This document shows, piece by piece, positions 10,401-24,000 of a stretch of 64,000 nt of DNA (position 1 is its first letter; every line of letters starts with the position of its first letter). A program made the translations under genes and the position numbers. The DNA comes from Caecitellus pseudoparvulus (taxonomy: Eukaryota > Protista > Bigyra: Bicosoecida): positions 1 to 64,000 of the forward strand of contig CBFFRQ010000095.1 of the NCBI GenBank assembly GCA_965644315.1. The letters are read 5' to 3'. A model generated the notes under the pieces. The model was not told the origin of the DNA and made no database searches. It saw only the letters and a list, made by a program, of their open reading frames with translations.

Positions 10401-11588
10401 AGCAACAGGCATCACAGCCGCAGTGCCACCGCCACTTTTCGCCATCCACTTGCCCCCGCGCAGCTTGTAAGTCACACCCCCCACATCCACCACCCTCGCA
10501 GTGTTCCCATCAGACACCAATGCATGGCCATCATCCAGCATGTAGTACCCGATGTCACTGTTCCACGTCACCCTCCCTGTGTACCCCGCTGGCACTGCAG
10601 GCGCCTCACCCGCTGAACCTGTTGCCGCCGCCGTGTCTTGAGATCCAGCATGTGGCGTCCTGGCATCCCCATCGCCAGCACCAGGCGACACAGCCGCACT
10701 GCGACCGCCACTTTTCACCGCCCACTTGCCCCCGCGCAGCTTGTAAGTCACACCCCCCACCTTGACACTCCTCTTGGCTTCCCCACCAGACACCAACGCA
10801 CGGCCATCATCCAGCACATAGTACTTGATGTCACCGTTCCACGTCACCCTCCCTGTGTACCCCGACGGCACTGCAGGCGCCTCACCCGCTGAACCTGTTG
10901 CCGCCGCCGTGTCTTGAGATCCAGCATGTGGCGTCCTGGCGTCCCCATCGCCAGCACCAGGCGACACCGCCGCACTGCCACCGCCACCTTCACCACTCTC
11001 CTGCCCCGACTCCGCCGGCACTGCAGGCGCCTCACACGCCGGATCTGCTGCCGCCGCCTTGTCTTGCGGCCCAGCATGTGGCACCCCACTATCCCTCTCG
11101 CCAGCACCAGGCATCACAGCCGCACTGCCACCGCCACCGCCGCCACTCTCCTGCCCCGACCCCGCTGGCACAGCAGGTGGCTCTTTGGCGGCAGGTTGTT
11201 CTGGGACAGCTCGGTTCCCGAGCTGACTCGCTGCACTTTCTAGCTGGTGAGCGAAAGCAGACTTGCCTCGTGCAATGATTGGCCTTAGGTCAATACTGTC
11301 GCAATCTGCCGCCTGGAGGGTCAAGTCGTGCAGCTTGTACAACTTGGAACCAACTTTCACCTTTTCCTTGAGTCGATTTGGAAACTTGAAAATGCGCCCA
11401 TCCTCTGCAACATACTTCCCTATGTTGTCTACCCAAAACAGCAATCCACAGCTCTCGTGCCGCACGACGTTCGCACGTTGCCCAGCACAGTCGTAGGCCT
11501 CATCGTCGCTGTCCCAGTCCTCCTCTGTGGCCCTTGGTACAAGATCCCACTGCACACCTGACTGCGGAGGATCGTCCTCTGCTGCCAT
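4474..11588 (-). pseudogene. RNF213 (mysterin)-like giant AAA+ protein, 3'-truncated within its first AAA module; ORF reads on through the telomeric tract to a stop at 4185
   Basis: Ordered motifs resemble the RNF213 stalk-to-AAA1 region: LQQLGHPAYQ; ELTAWKEALEKARSLSPHLSHLPRQQLLGL; FPAPYQVLSCSASTTTADMSDFL; YAYVLAPNTL; P-loop VVTGGPGCGKTT (4662-4688); LHLSL. These are followed by VRVRVR from the telomeric repeats. First ATG is at 11588, and upstream exons are possible. The frame is otherwise intact. Confidence 0.65.
9470..11170 (-). repeat. Coding tandem repeats at the N-terminus of the RNF213-like ORF: five ~45-aa beta-rich modules separated by Gly/Ala linkers
   Basis: Type A (TGRVTWNGDIxYYVLDDGRALVS...VGGVTYKLRGGKW) and type B (FKDVVTWDSVIRHYVFDDGAALVSDGKKAR...VGGVTYKLRGGKW) in the order A,A,B,A,B. 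The linkers AVSPGAGDGDARTPHAGSQD and AVMPGAGERDSGVPHAGPQD also recur. Confidence 0.95.
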
Positions 11589-12544
11589 AGTCCTTGATGC
11601 TGTGAGACTAGTGGCACTTCCCCACCTGCGCAAGCGCTACGGGGCACGTGAGCAGTGCTCTTCAACACTCTGACCAGCAGTTGCGACAGCAGCCTTGCAG
11701 GAGGCATCAGCTCTGCACAGTCCCGGACAAAGACGCTGGAGCTGAAAGAGAAGCCACAAGAAAGTCTAAATTTGGAAGCAGAACACTCACAGAGGACTCT
11801 CAAGCCGATGGCAAAGTGATGTGGACTCAAGTTCAACTGTCCACGAGTATTCTCGTGAGCGAACTGCAAGAGAGCGTATCAGGCCGAAAGATCAGCAAAC
11901 AGGAAGGGATGCAGCCAGGCTCATGCCCCTGATATCGCATGTCATCCCTCACGCTTTCGCTCGAAAGAAGATTTGCGGTCCCGTCCGTTGTGCAGTGGAA
12001 GCACGCGCTCGGCGTCATCTGCGTTTCGGCATGAAACTCTGCTGCCGCAGGAGACTTCGATCGCCACTTCCCTTCGGAACAGTCTCAACATCGTCAGAAG
12101 GCAGAGGACTCTGACAAATGACCTACAAATATCTCAGCCTCTTATCATCGTGCAGCGCACTGAGTCGTCTGTAGCGCGATAAATCAACAATTGCCATGGA
12201 TGTGGTTCTTGCTGGCTGCTTCTGCCACGCATTGCGTGCCACCTTGGGTCCCTTGCCGAAGAAAGAGAACCCTGCCTCATAGCGTGGCGCTTTTCAGCTT
12301 GATCAACCCTACCCACGCCATTGAGCAGGGTTTTTCATGAGTCCTTTCGCGTTCATGGCTCGCCTGGTTTCTCTTCCCGATCAGAATCGTCGACTTGTGC
12401 GATGCAGACAGTGACAAGCACGCAAACCTTGTCGCAACAAGTGAGTGGCAGCCATTGTGGCATTCCTTAAATTCCTGTGTGCTGCGATTTAGATCTTTTG
12501 TCGGGTTTGAGACTGTATCCATGTTCCTTGCCGTTTAGGTGGCC

Positions 12545-14833
12545 TCAGGAACCCCCTTGAGGCATTGAATGAAGTGTCGGTGTGAAGGATGCAGGAATGC
12601 CATCGGGCATGCCACTTGCGGGGCCCTGTGCAGCATCGCACGCTGCATGCATAATTGGCGACATAATCTCCTCTAACTCTGCCTGCTTCCCTTTGTATGC
12701 CTCTACCCCCGCGGATGGGTTGGCCGCCAACCACTCGATGGCCGACCTGACAGCTGCGCGTGCTGCTTCAGAGTCCTCTGCCGACAGACTCAAAAGCGGA
12801 GCTTCACCCTCCAGGAAACTTCTAGCGGAATAAGCGTACTTCTCAAGGTACTGCTTGGCTTTAATGCGACCCTCGGAGCGTTCTGCAGCTGACATGTGCC
12901 ACTCAGCCTCAACCATGCGCTCGATGTCGGCGAGCTTCAAGTGCCTTGACTTACGCGTGATCGTGACCATTTCAGCTCTGCCACTTCCTGTGTCCATTGC
13001 TGAAACGTTTAGTGTGCCATCCACGGAGATGCGGAAAGTGACCTCGATCTGGGGCACCCCTCGAGGCATGGGATGAATGCTGCCCAGCTGGAGCTCTGCG
13101 AGCAAGTGGGTGGTCTTGGAAAGCCGGTGCCCCCCTTCGTACAGTTTCAAGGATATGCTCGCTTGATTATCAGTCTGGGTGGTGAAGGTGTGAGTTTGCA
13201 CAGCAGGCAATAGCGAGCTGCGGGGAACCAAGGGCGTTATTGTCCCGTCCGGGCTCTCAACGCACAGAGACAGGGAAGATGTGTCCAAAACCAGTATCCT
13301 GTCGAGCCTGTCAGAGCGGTGGGGATCAGCCAGGATGGCAGCATGAACAGCAGCACCGTAAGCGACGGCCTCGTCGGGGTTGATGCGCTTGCAGGGCTCC
13401 ATGCCGAAAAACTCGGTGAGCATGGACTGGATGCGGGGGATGCGGCTGGAGCCGCCGACCAGCACGACCTCGTGCACGTTGGCCTTGGACACGCTGGAGT
13501 CGTCTAGCATGCGCCCTATCATTCCGATGGTCCGTGCCAAGTCAGTTTCGCACAGCTCCTCGAAGCGGGTGCGGGTGATGGTGGTGGAGTAGTCCACACC
13601 CTCGAACAGGCTGTCGATCTCGATGAAGGCCTCGGTGGAGGAGGACAGGCTGCGCTTGGCACGCTCGCAGGCAGTGCGCAGGCGGCGCTTGGCGCGCTCG
13701 GAGGTGGACAGGTCCTTGCCGCGGTGCTTGCGCTTGAAGTCGGCGAGGCAGTAGTCCACCAGGCGGTTGTCGAAGTCCTCACCGCCCAGGTGAGTGTCAC
13801 CCGCAGTAGCCTTGACCTCGAAGATGCCGTCCTCAATGGTTAGCAGGGACACGTCGAAGGTACCGCCACCCAGGTCGAAGATGAGCACGTTCTTCTCGCC
13901 GTCGGTCTTGTCCAGGCCGTAGGCAATGGCAGCGGCTGTGGGCTCGTTGATGATGCGCAGGACGTTCAGGCCGGAGATGGTGCCGGCGTCCTTGGTGGCC
14001 TGGCGCTGGCCGTCGTTGAAGTAAGCGGGCACGGTGATGACTGCCTGCTTAACGTCGCCACCCAGGAAGGACTCAGCCACTTCCTTCATCTTGACGAGGA
14101 CCATGGCGGAGATCTCTTCCGCATGGAAGCGCTTGCTCTCGCCCTTGTATTGCACCTCAATGAGGGGCATGTCGCCGGGGCCTTGCACCAGCTTAAACGG
14201 CCAGTGCTTGGTGTCGGCCTGGACGACAGGGTCGGAGAACTTGCGGCCAATCAAGCGTTTCGCGCCAAACACCGTGTTAGCAGGGTTCACCACTACCTGG
14301 CTCTTGGCGGCATCACCGATCAGGCGCTCGGAGTCAGTGAAGGCCACATAGGACGGGGTGGTGCGATTGCCTTGCCTGCAACGAGAAGGATTGAAGGCAC
14401 TAATTGATATAGCAGCTCAGTAAGTCAAGGGGTGTACGGTGACACAACGCAAGCAAGCACCACCGAAGACGACAACGCATCCAGTGAAACATGCTCTCGA
14501 TATCCTCACTCGTTTGCAATGATCTCCACACGCTCACTTTCCCACACGCCAACACAAGAGTACGTGGTGCCTGGATAGAGGAAGCATCAAACGTTTAGAT
14601 GCCAGGCGCTGCAGACACTGGACTTGGTTGCGGAAACTGAGAGCCACCACGCCAAACTTTAACGGAGCGCTCTCCACGAACCTAGATCGATTCCCAGCGC
14701 AAACTCGGCATCCTGTAAGGTTAAATGCAAATTTATACAAGTTGTATGGAGTTTGAGACGCGATCAGGCACTGGAAAAGACAAGGAGCTGTGCACACAAA
14801 CTGCTCTTCACGCACATGGGATTCGGCTGCCAT
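12545..14833 (-). CDS. HSP70: Hsp70 family chaperone, cytosolic-type ATPase domain with divergent substrate-binding domain; 4 exons (14833-14816, 14712-14682, 14570-14510, 14375-12545)
   Basis: Spliced N-terminus MAAESH|[11 protein letters not shown]|[20 protein letters not shown]|[12 protein letters not shown] with GT..AG introns. Motifs: [65 protein letters not shown]. Confidence 0.97.
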
Positions 14834-15097
14834 GAAGGCCGTCGAGCGTGCTACCTTTCGACTCAACGTACACGAAACACGCTCCAAGCACGCAAAGCGC
14901 CTAGTTTGACAGCAATACTGGCTCGTCTGCTCCTCACTTGAGCACTGCGCTTGTGTTTTGCCAGGTCTGCCTGTCATGCCTGGCAGTCGCACCAGATGGA
15001 CTTCGACAAGGGTGATATTTGCATGGATTTATCGGTTGAGTTACGAGGCCACAGACAAAGTTCTGCAGTAGTTCGCTCCGAGCAGTGCGCCCAGCGC

Positions 15098-18000
15098 TCA
15101 CTCCTCAGAAACCGCATCCAAGACGTGGCTCTTCGATCGCTGTGCTCCGTAGCTGAGCTCAGCTTGGGCTTCCACCTCGTCCGGGGGAGCAGTGGCGACT
15201 GGAGTTGTGGCTGACTCCGAGCTCCAAGTCCGCGTCAGGGCGGATGTCGTGCCAGCGCTTGAGACGCCATCACCCACAGTCTGTGCCCACGGCCGGAAGA
15301 GTGGCACGCCTGCAAAGCGCTTGCGGTCACCAAGCAGCGCCCACGCCGTGCAGCCTGCTGCACATGCGACCCACAGGACTGCAGCGACGATGACCCCTGT
15401 TGAGCCAGCGGCATACATGTCACCGGTCTCTGCCAGCGCAAAGTTCGATGACTGCACCGAGGCATCAGTGTCCTGCAAGCTGCCATCCTCGATGCCTTGC
15501 TCGGGGAACGTGACTGAGACTGCCGGCGCAGTGGCCCACACCACCACGAGGAGCCATGCCGTCACTGCAGCAGCGCCATACGACAAAGCAACTAGGGGGC
15601 GAAGGCGCTTCATCAAGAAGGTGGATGCCGGCCTGAACAGGGACCAGGCAGCAAACACAGTCAGCAAACAAGCACCGACCAGCACCGCGGCGCCAGTACT
15701 GCTGCGGGCTAGAACTGTGCCTGCCCACGCCACGCTGACCTTCATGGAGACCAAAGCACACCAGAAAACTGCGGAAGGGTGGGCTTCAAACGCGTGCCCC
15801 CACCTACGCAGGGCTGCAAGGAACCGCGGGTGGCTGAGTTTCCTGGGATTAAACCCGCGACTGCCCAGCTGGGCATGCTCTTCAGAGGGAACCATTTGCT
15901 GGCCATGAATGGAGAAGACCTGCTTTGCCAGTGCGTGTCCAAGAATGCTGGCCAGGTCGTACTGGGTCTCCAGTGACCTGTCGTGGTACATGCGTCGTGG
16001 TAGGTGCACCAGCACCAGATTCAGCAGCAGTGCAATGAGAAGACACGAGACAGCCATTAAGGAAATGTGCAGGTTACCCCAGCAAGGGTCTGGGAGGCAG
16101 TTTCCATCTTCGTCGCGGCTGTAACCTCCAAAGGGGAACCCGCAAGTGAACGGCTGCATGAGCACGACCAAGGTTGGCACCAGACCAACTGTGCCGAGAA
16201 TGTACAGCGCCACTGGGACAAAGCCTCTGTACAAGGCGATGTTGCGGACCACAGAGGTCTCCTGCTGTGCTGTTGGCAGGGCATCTCCATTGGCAAGGTG
16301 CCGCACACGGGCAAGGCGTCGGCGCGCTTGCCGTGGAGCCTGCTTCGAGTATTTGGGGCCAGCAGTGGAGGCTGTCTCTGCTGTGACGACACTTGCTGCC
16401 CGAGCTTGGTCTTCTTTCTGGCGTCTGCCATGTTGAACCGGCGGCACTCGCTGGGCAAGACTGCCTGCACCTGGCTGGCGCTTGGCTCCCTGTGTATGCA
16501 GCGGCTTCAGGGTCGCTCGCTGAGGCCGGCCTGGGCGACGCTGTCGGCTGGCCACAGAGGCTGTCCCAATGGATACATCTGACACGTTGGCGGTGGGGGC
16601 CACGGACCGTGTGCCTGCTGACGACTTGGATACTGCGCTGCTCCTCCTCTGGCCGGCTGGGTAAGGGGCGACGGAGGAGTGGGCGGACCCTCGCTTGTGC
16701 TTGCGGCGCCCCATGCGGAGCAGGGCTGCGGCCCGCTGCTGTGACAACATGGGCACTGCAATGGCTAGGCCCAGAATAGTCAATCCGGCAACTACGTAGA
16801 AGAAGGAGTACAGCGGAATGTACTTGATGGCAGAGAGTGACAGCAATCTAACGAGAACCTTGACTGGTACGTACGGGAGCCATGGGATCTGCTCAACAAA
16901 CAACGGAGCAACGCTCATGATGGAGTCAGAGGCAATGAGGCAGACGAGGAGCACATTGCGCCAGTTGGCCCACAGTTGTGGGGGGGTGTACCCAGTCAGT
17001 GCGGGCTTGGATGCGACGGCGGAAGCAGGCAGGGCTGCCACGTTGCTGTTCACTGCGCTCTGCGTGCTCTCATCTTCCTCGCTCAGCGCGAGGTGGGCTG
17101 AAGAGGAGGTAGACCCTCGGCGATGAGCAAGTGCGGCTGCATGGCCAGGTCCTGACTCGAGGCTGTCACTGTCAGACGTATCTGAAACCGGTGCGACTTG
17201 GTGTACGCCTCGAACCCTGTCCAGAAGCTCCACGACCGCCTGTGGAACTTCCGCGTGGGAGAACACTCGAAGGAATCGCAAGGCATGGGCGTGCACGGCA
17301 GCCATAGTCGGCGTGTGCCACTGGTCCACAGTGTTGCGATCGAACCAATCTGCTTGTCGCATCCACAGCAGGTGCCCGAGGGCCAGCAAAGCTGCTACGA
17401 CAGCAGCCGCCACTGTTGCAGACGTTTGCTCAGACGATTCTTCGGCAGGGAATGCCGCTGAGATGCGGAAGGCCGTCTCGGCGGCTTTGCAGGCCTCGTC
17501 AGCGACAGCTGCAGCTGGCCGCGGCTGGCACTCGTCCAAGTCACATGCCGTGCTGTCAGCCAAGAAGGCGGGACAGGCCGCTCCTCCGTACGCTGGTGGA
17601 ATGAGGACCTCTCGGGTGCGGGTCATGGTGCCAGTCAGCACCCCCGTGCTTGAGTTGCGATCGGCAGTGAAGTTGGACCACGCACTGACCAGGCAGTCGG
17701 ACGCACACGGCGAAGCGCTGCACAGTGCAGGGCTGTCAGAGCACAACTCCCCCTTGCAAAAGGGGTCCATGCCGTCTGCCGCGTGAGAAGCATCGCATTG
17801 GCACTGGCCGCCCCGGGGCCTGCCCCAAGTTCCAGCGCCATACCCCACACACGTCCCATGCCCGTGGCATGTTGCCTCTTCAGCCGCGAGAGGGTCACAA
17901 GTGCAGCAAGCCCCGCCCATCCAGCCATCGTCGCAGACGCACTGGGAGCTCCCAGCATACACCTTTCCGTCGTCCACAGCCAGGCCTGCCTCGGGAAACG

Positions 18001-21000
18001 CGACAAGACCCACGACAGAAGCAGCCGTTGAGTTGCTTGGAAGGCACCGCCCGTTCCCGCTGCATGTGTGCAACGCGTCACACGTTACTTGCACTGGGAG
18101 CGCAGCGTACCGCACAAACGTCGCCTGTGCTGCCCCCGGTGCGAGCAAAGGCGAGCGGACGCCAGACCACGACAGCACCACCGCATGGTTCACAACAGTG
18201 CCAGGCTGCGTGCCTCGCGGAACTGCGAAAGTGTGCTGCAAGGACAAGGAGTCCCCGTCTTGGATCACAGGGAAGATGCTGCCCACAACATCGAACCCTG
18301 ATGCCGCCTGCAGCAGGCGTTGGGAAAGGGCCGCAGAGCCTGACCCTCCCAAGCCATCCAAAACGGCGTTCATACCCTCAGGCTCCCGCAGAAGGGTCAG
18401 CACGTCCCTCCGCTCAGCTGCAGAAAGGGACTGCCGGGAGAAAACTCCCGGCGTCCCGCCATTCAACTGCACCGTGGGCGAGCCGAGCAGCTCCGTTGCG
18501 CCGCCGAGGCTCACGATGTACACGGACACGTTCACAGCATTGACCGTGAAGCCAGTGCCACGTCCAACAATCTCAGCGTCGAGCGTGTACCGTTGCTCCG
18601 TGGACACTACTGCGCTGCCATTCACACGAGCGTCCATGTCCAGATCATGGGCCACCGCAACGAAAGCAGGGGCCGATGAGGACTGCAGTGGCTGCGCTGG
18701 TGCGCTCACTGACGCCAACAGGAGCAAAGAACTGGCCGCTCGGGAATCACTGGCACTTGTCGGCACTGCACTGACCCGGAATGCAAGTACATCCGTCACA
18801 GCATTGTCAGTGTCCCCGTTGCTGATTGTGCACGTGTCGAACACAGCCCACCTGCCGCCTGGCCCGAGGGACAGAGACTCGACGAACGCAGAGTGCGGTG
18901 AAGTGCCTGCGCATGATGGCACAAACGAGTGTCCTGCAGGGAGCACGTGCTCGACCCGCAGGCTGTTTGCAAAGAATACCGCCCCCTGTCGCGCAGAAGT
19001 TACATTCACGCGCAGTGGGCCGGTCACGCCTTCCGGGAGTGCCAGGCGAACCTGAATCTGCAGCTCCTCCCCAACAGCTGCAAGAGGGGCCCCGGTTGAT
19101 GTCACCCGTCCACTTGCAGATGCGACTGACATGTTCAGCATGGCAACCCCCGGAACAGTCACAAAGGAGGGCACCGGGCCGCCGACGGGCGCAGAGCCGA
19201 CAGGCATCTGTTCCAGGTCGGAGGAAGTGAAGAACCGCGCAGTAGATGCTGTTGGGTGCGAAGTCCAGCTCACACTCAGCGCAGGCGAAAAGGTTGACGA
19301 TGAGCGCACGCCTGGCAGCAATCGAACAGTCCACGAGACGTTTGCGGTGGTGCCAAATGGAAGGGTGGGCAGAAATGCAACAGCATTCGAGCCCCTTGCT
19401 GTAACAGATGAAGAAACATCCACACCGTCAACGCTTGCGGCGACAAAGGAGTACAACTGCTGAGAAAGGGTGGCATCCTCCACCAGCACGTTGAAGGCGG
19501 GCGCGGCTGCCACCGCCAAGCTTGCATGCGACATTCGCAGCTGCCATGTCACAAGGTCTGCCGCATCAGCGCTGAAGTTCTCGGGTGAAGGCATGAGAGG
19601 GTTCAGCAAGCGGGGCTGAGTCAAAACCAAGCTTTGTGGCGCAGAACCCTGCACAACAGAGCCCACAGGCTGTGGTGCATGCATGCTAGGCAGGACGGAG
19701 CCATTCGCTGCTCTGTCGTAGGACAGCCTAACGGGGTCTCCACCCACCAGGCTGGGAATGGTGGGCGAAGTAGCATTCAAGCTCGCCAGGCGGGCGTCGA
19801 CGATGAAACGCAGACGAATCGGGGCTCCAGATGCCAGGGGTCCTGTAGGCAGGCCTTGGCTATCCCTCGACGGAACTGAAACGAAGGTGCACAGGTCCAG
19901 GAGAAGATCGCCATTGCTGAGCTGAGAAAGCGCAGCCGGGGCCAGATCAGAGAGGGATCCACTCGTCAACACCCCGTCCAGGACACCACTCCTGCACCCA
20001 AGCAGAGTAACATCCTCGGACACGTCCGTGCCAGACACATCTGCTGCAACAGATACAAGCTGGGGAGACACCACAACGCCCGGCATGTTGTGAAGCGGTG
20101 CAGTGAGCACTAAGGCACCCACTGTTCCGAGGGGAATGGAGGCGTCAACTTCCATGCGGATACGCTGGCCGAGCACAACTGGCTGAGAACTCGGGAACCC
20201 TGTAGAAACAGCCGACGCGCTGGCTGAGGAGTCTGAGGGGTGTGGAGACACGGAAACGCGGCTCACTTCCACTTCCACGGCTTGTTCAACCTGCAGCTGA
20301 GCATCCTGTGCGGCTGTGAGATTCAAGGGTCCGTGGTGTCGTGCATACGGGTTGGAGGGGTCTTTGTGCGTCCCGTACAGCACTTGTAGTGAAGGCTTCA
20401 GGGTGCTCTGCGGCATCACACCTTGCAGCAGCCGCCACCTGTATGCAAGTGTGCTTGACCCTGTCGCACGTGAGAGCGCCGGAGCTCCAGTCGGAGACAA
20501 AGGAGTGCCGGGCGGCACCAAGTCCCCGTTCCCACTTGAGAAGAGCGACGATGCGGCCAGTGCAATTGCAGGAGGCAAGAGCTCGACACCCATGGACACG
20601 AGCTTCACGGGCTGGTACAGGCCCTGGCCCACGGCGTCCAGGGTCAGTGCCGTGTCTCGCATGCGGACATGATAAGCAGTCGCGTCCGAAAGACTAGTGT
20701 GGCTGGCAGTAACAGTGGTATCTATGGCAGCACCCGCGAAAGCAGCTGACGCAGAGTTCAATACAGACACGATGGTGATGTTTGGCTCAAGCACCTCCAC
20801 CTCGGGGGCACGGGCAGTTAGATTGGCCACGCTGGGCACCACTGCTGCCCCTGAGATGACACCAGCGCTTGGATTCTCTGGAGGAGTTGGGGCAGGCACG
20901 GAATCAGAGAGCACCTGCACCAAGGCAGCAACCCGGGAACCTCTCAGGCTATCCTGCAGCGGCAGTGCACGTCCGTCGACAAAAGCCGAAAACGTGAGCA

Positions 21001-24000
21001 ACAGTGCTTGCGAGACGCCGCTTGACGTGTCAGAGTTGATCACATCACACAGCGGCACAACGATGTCTGTGTTCACGACTGTCCCCGCGTCCTGTCGCAC
21101 GTGGACAGAGGAAGCTGAGACCAGCTCTGGAAACTGTGGCCCAGAGAGAACGCCTCGGGCGTGTGATGGCAGACCAGCGCAGTCTGTGCCATTTACCAAA
21201 ACAGCTCCAGATGCGCCACCCTGTATGCGCACAGACTCAAGGCGTGCTTCTGCGAGGAGTTGGGGTGTCGGGGAAGGCACCGCCATTCCCACAGGGAATG
21301 CAGCTGACACATTCAACACTGCAACAAGCCCGGACGATACACCCTGCGGAAGGGCAAGGGCAACATCCCACGTGATCTTGCCTCCCACAGCAGCCACTGA
21401 ATCGGCATCTGAGGAGTCGTCTGTGGTGGTCTGGATGTTCACAACCGGGGCTTGAACGCCGATGACAGGGTTCACAGGAGCTGGCGCGGAGTATGCCCTT
21501 GAAGCGTTCACGACAGGTGCTGAGACCCAAGAACAGTTGAACTGTGGGCGGACAGCTGTGGCAGCCGCTACGCCTTCCCACAGACGAATGGTGATCGCAA
21601 CGTCAACGCTCGTACCGACTCGCAGCTCTGGCAGGGTTGCCCAGAGGCCTTCAGATCTAGATGAGGCTGCAGCTCCCTGCAAGTCCACGGCAGTCGCTGC
21701 GTCAAAGAGAACGGAACCATCGACCACGACGCGTCTCAAGTCGTATGCTCGGGCGTCCAAGACTTCGTTGGACACGGCTTCTCCGCCAGCCGTCACGTAG
21801 TCGACCTTCCCATGCACAAGACTCTGATCAAAAAGCTGCACGTGATAGGCCACGGAGTCGCTCACTGCAGCGTGTGAAAGGGTGGCAGTGAATGTGATGT
21901 CATCACCTGCCTCGACGTCTGCAACCGCGGCAGGAGTGAAGACGAGAGGAGACAGCTCCGGTTCGACGACCACGGCGTCTGCAAGCGTCACCACGCGATC
22001 CGCGAAGAGGCCGCTGGTGGACTTCAACGAGAAGGTGGCTGGGACCGTGGCACCCCTGACGACGCTTGATGCCGTCGTCGCGGACGCTTCCATGCTGAGC
22101 TCCAGCGCGATGGGCGTTCCAGATGCGCCAGATGATGCGGTCCCAACTGGGTCGCCGGGGAACAGATTTGCACGTTCCGTTCCGACCCTCCACGAAATGG
22201 CAGGCTGATAGATTGTGGTGGTATTCTTGATCAGCTGCACAGGCGGGGTGCCGGTACTCGCCCCCTGAATCAAGCTGACTAGATCCCACTCTGAGCCTGG
22301 AAAGGCGTCGACACCTGTGACCCTGTCTACGGGCAAAAGGACCTTGACGGAATCCCTTGCTGGCGGGCTCAAGGCAGCCAAAGCTGACGGTGGGGTAGCC
22401 AGGGGGAACGGCACAGACAGCTGGGTGTGAGCAGCGACGGAGAACTCTTTGAAAAAGTCGCCGGCGGGCGCTTGTGAGTCCAGGGAGAACTCCACATCTG
22501 CAAGTGTGCTCAGAGGCAGCAAGACCCTTGCACTCCATACAATTGCCGTGCCTGGTGCAAGGACTGGTGCGGCAGATTTCACCCCTGCTGAGGCGTCACC
22601 GGCAACCACTCCCGTGGCAGTGGGCACGGCCATGGTCATGGCGCTCTGAGACGCCCCGGCATCAGGAGATGCTACATAGAGGCGGCCTCTGCTGGGATCA
22701 GGGTGAGACCAGTATGAGACGTTCATGGTCGTGGCAGGGTTGGCTGAAGCTCCAGCTTCTGAAGCGGGCGCTACGAAGTACACAAAAGAAAGGTCAGAGG
22801 CACGCCCGTCCAGAGGAAGGGAGGTGTTCGTCGGAAGCAATGAGGTGACCTGTGGCAATTCCACGGCAGAGGAGCCGTTCCAAACCACCGATGCCAGCTG
22901 GTAGAGCAGGCGCGAGCTTGGTGACACCGCACTAGGGGTAACGTTGGCTGCGTGTGAAACATGCAGCCAAGAGTCCTGCACCTGAACACCGTATGCAAGC
23001 CAAGTGCTGGCAGAATCATGTTGCAGCTGCATGGAAAACAGGACAGAATCGCCCGAGCCGAGGCCTTGGAGGGCGGACGCTGGGTCGCTCTGGCCGAGCG
23101 GCGGCACGGCCTCTACGGTGACATCGAGCAGCAAGGGTTCTAGCACAGTAATGGGGTGCAGGGTGGCGTTTGCCGTGATGCCTGCGGCAGCGAACCTTGC
23201 AGTGCTCCTTATCTGAGATCCGTTGACGTTCGATGGGTGATCACGCACAACACCAGAGAACCGCAGCACAAGAGGGTCACCACTGCTGCTTCCTCCTGCA
23301 GTGAAATCATTGACAATGTCCCTGAACTGGAACTCGAAAAGACCCGATACCGTGTTTGCAGTGGACAAGCTTGTGAAAGTGCTCAGGTTGGCTTGAAGGC
23401 CGCCACCAAAGCGCACCCCGGTGCCACCCGAGACACCAACTAACCGCAGGGAGGAAAGAACGTCGCCGGTGGCAAGCACGTTCGCGCCGATTTGAACTGA
23501 TAGATTCGCTTCAGCCAGATACCCAAGTGGGAACTGCAGTGGCAGGTCAACTTGAGCATCCCAGCCAACGCTTACTTGCGAGTCAGAGAGCGTGTCCAGG
23601 GCGGCAAACGGGTCAAGTGATCCAAGAGCAAACGACCCAGGAATGGACGCGTTTGCGCGGGTGGTGAAGTTGCTTGCCCAAGCCAAGTGGGGGTGGCTCG
23701 CCGCCCACGCAGTCAGATCAACATGGAACGGCAGCAGCGTATCAGCGAGAGGGTTCGTCTGCACCGTCAGCACCACCTGCGACATGCCCCCTGCAGGGAC
23801 TGAGGCAAGCACGGCAGCTTGTGCGAAGCCCTGAACTCCCTCGGCCCCCACTACAAGCCAAGGCGCTCCAGAAGCGTCGAAAGCCACTTCCCCTGACCTG
23901 TCCACAACACAAGCCCCATCAATGAACACATGTGACACATCGTACTGAGCCGAGCCCAAACCAGCGTCGCTGAGGGCGATTGAGTAGGCGCCGCTCTGAG

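Noticed and set aside
11640-12540. Short ORFs between the RNF213-like gene and Hsp70
   Set aside because: No recognisable motifs; likely intergenic or 5' UTR/intron sequence.
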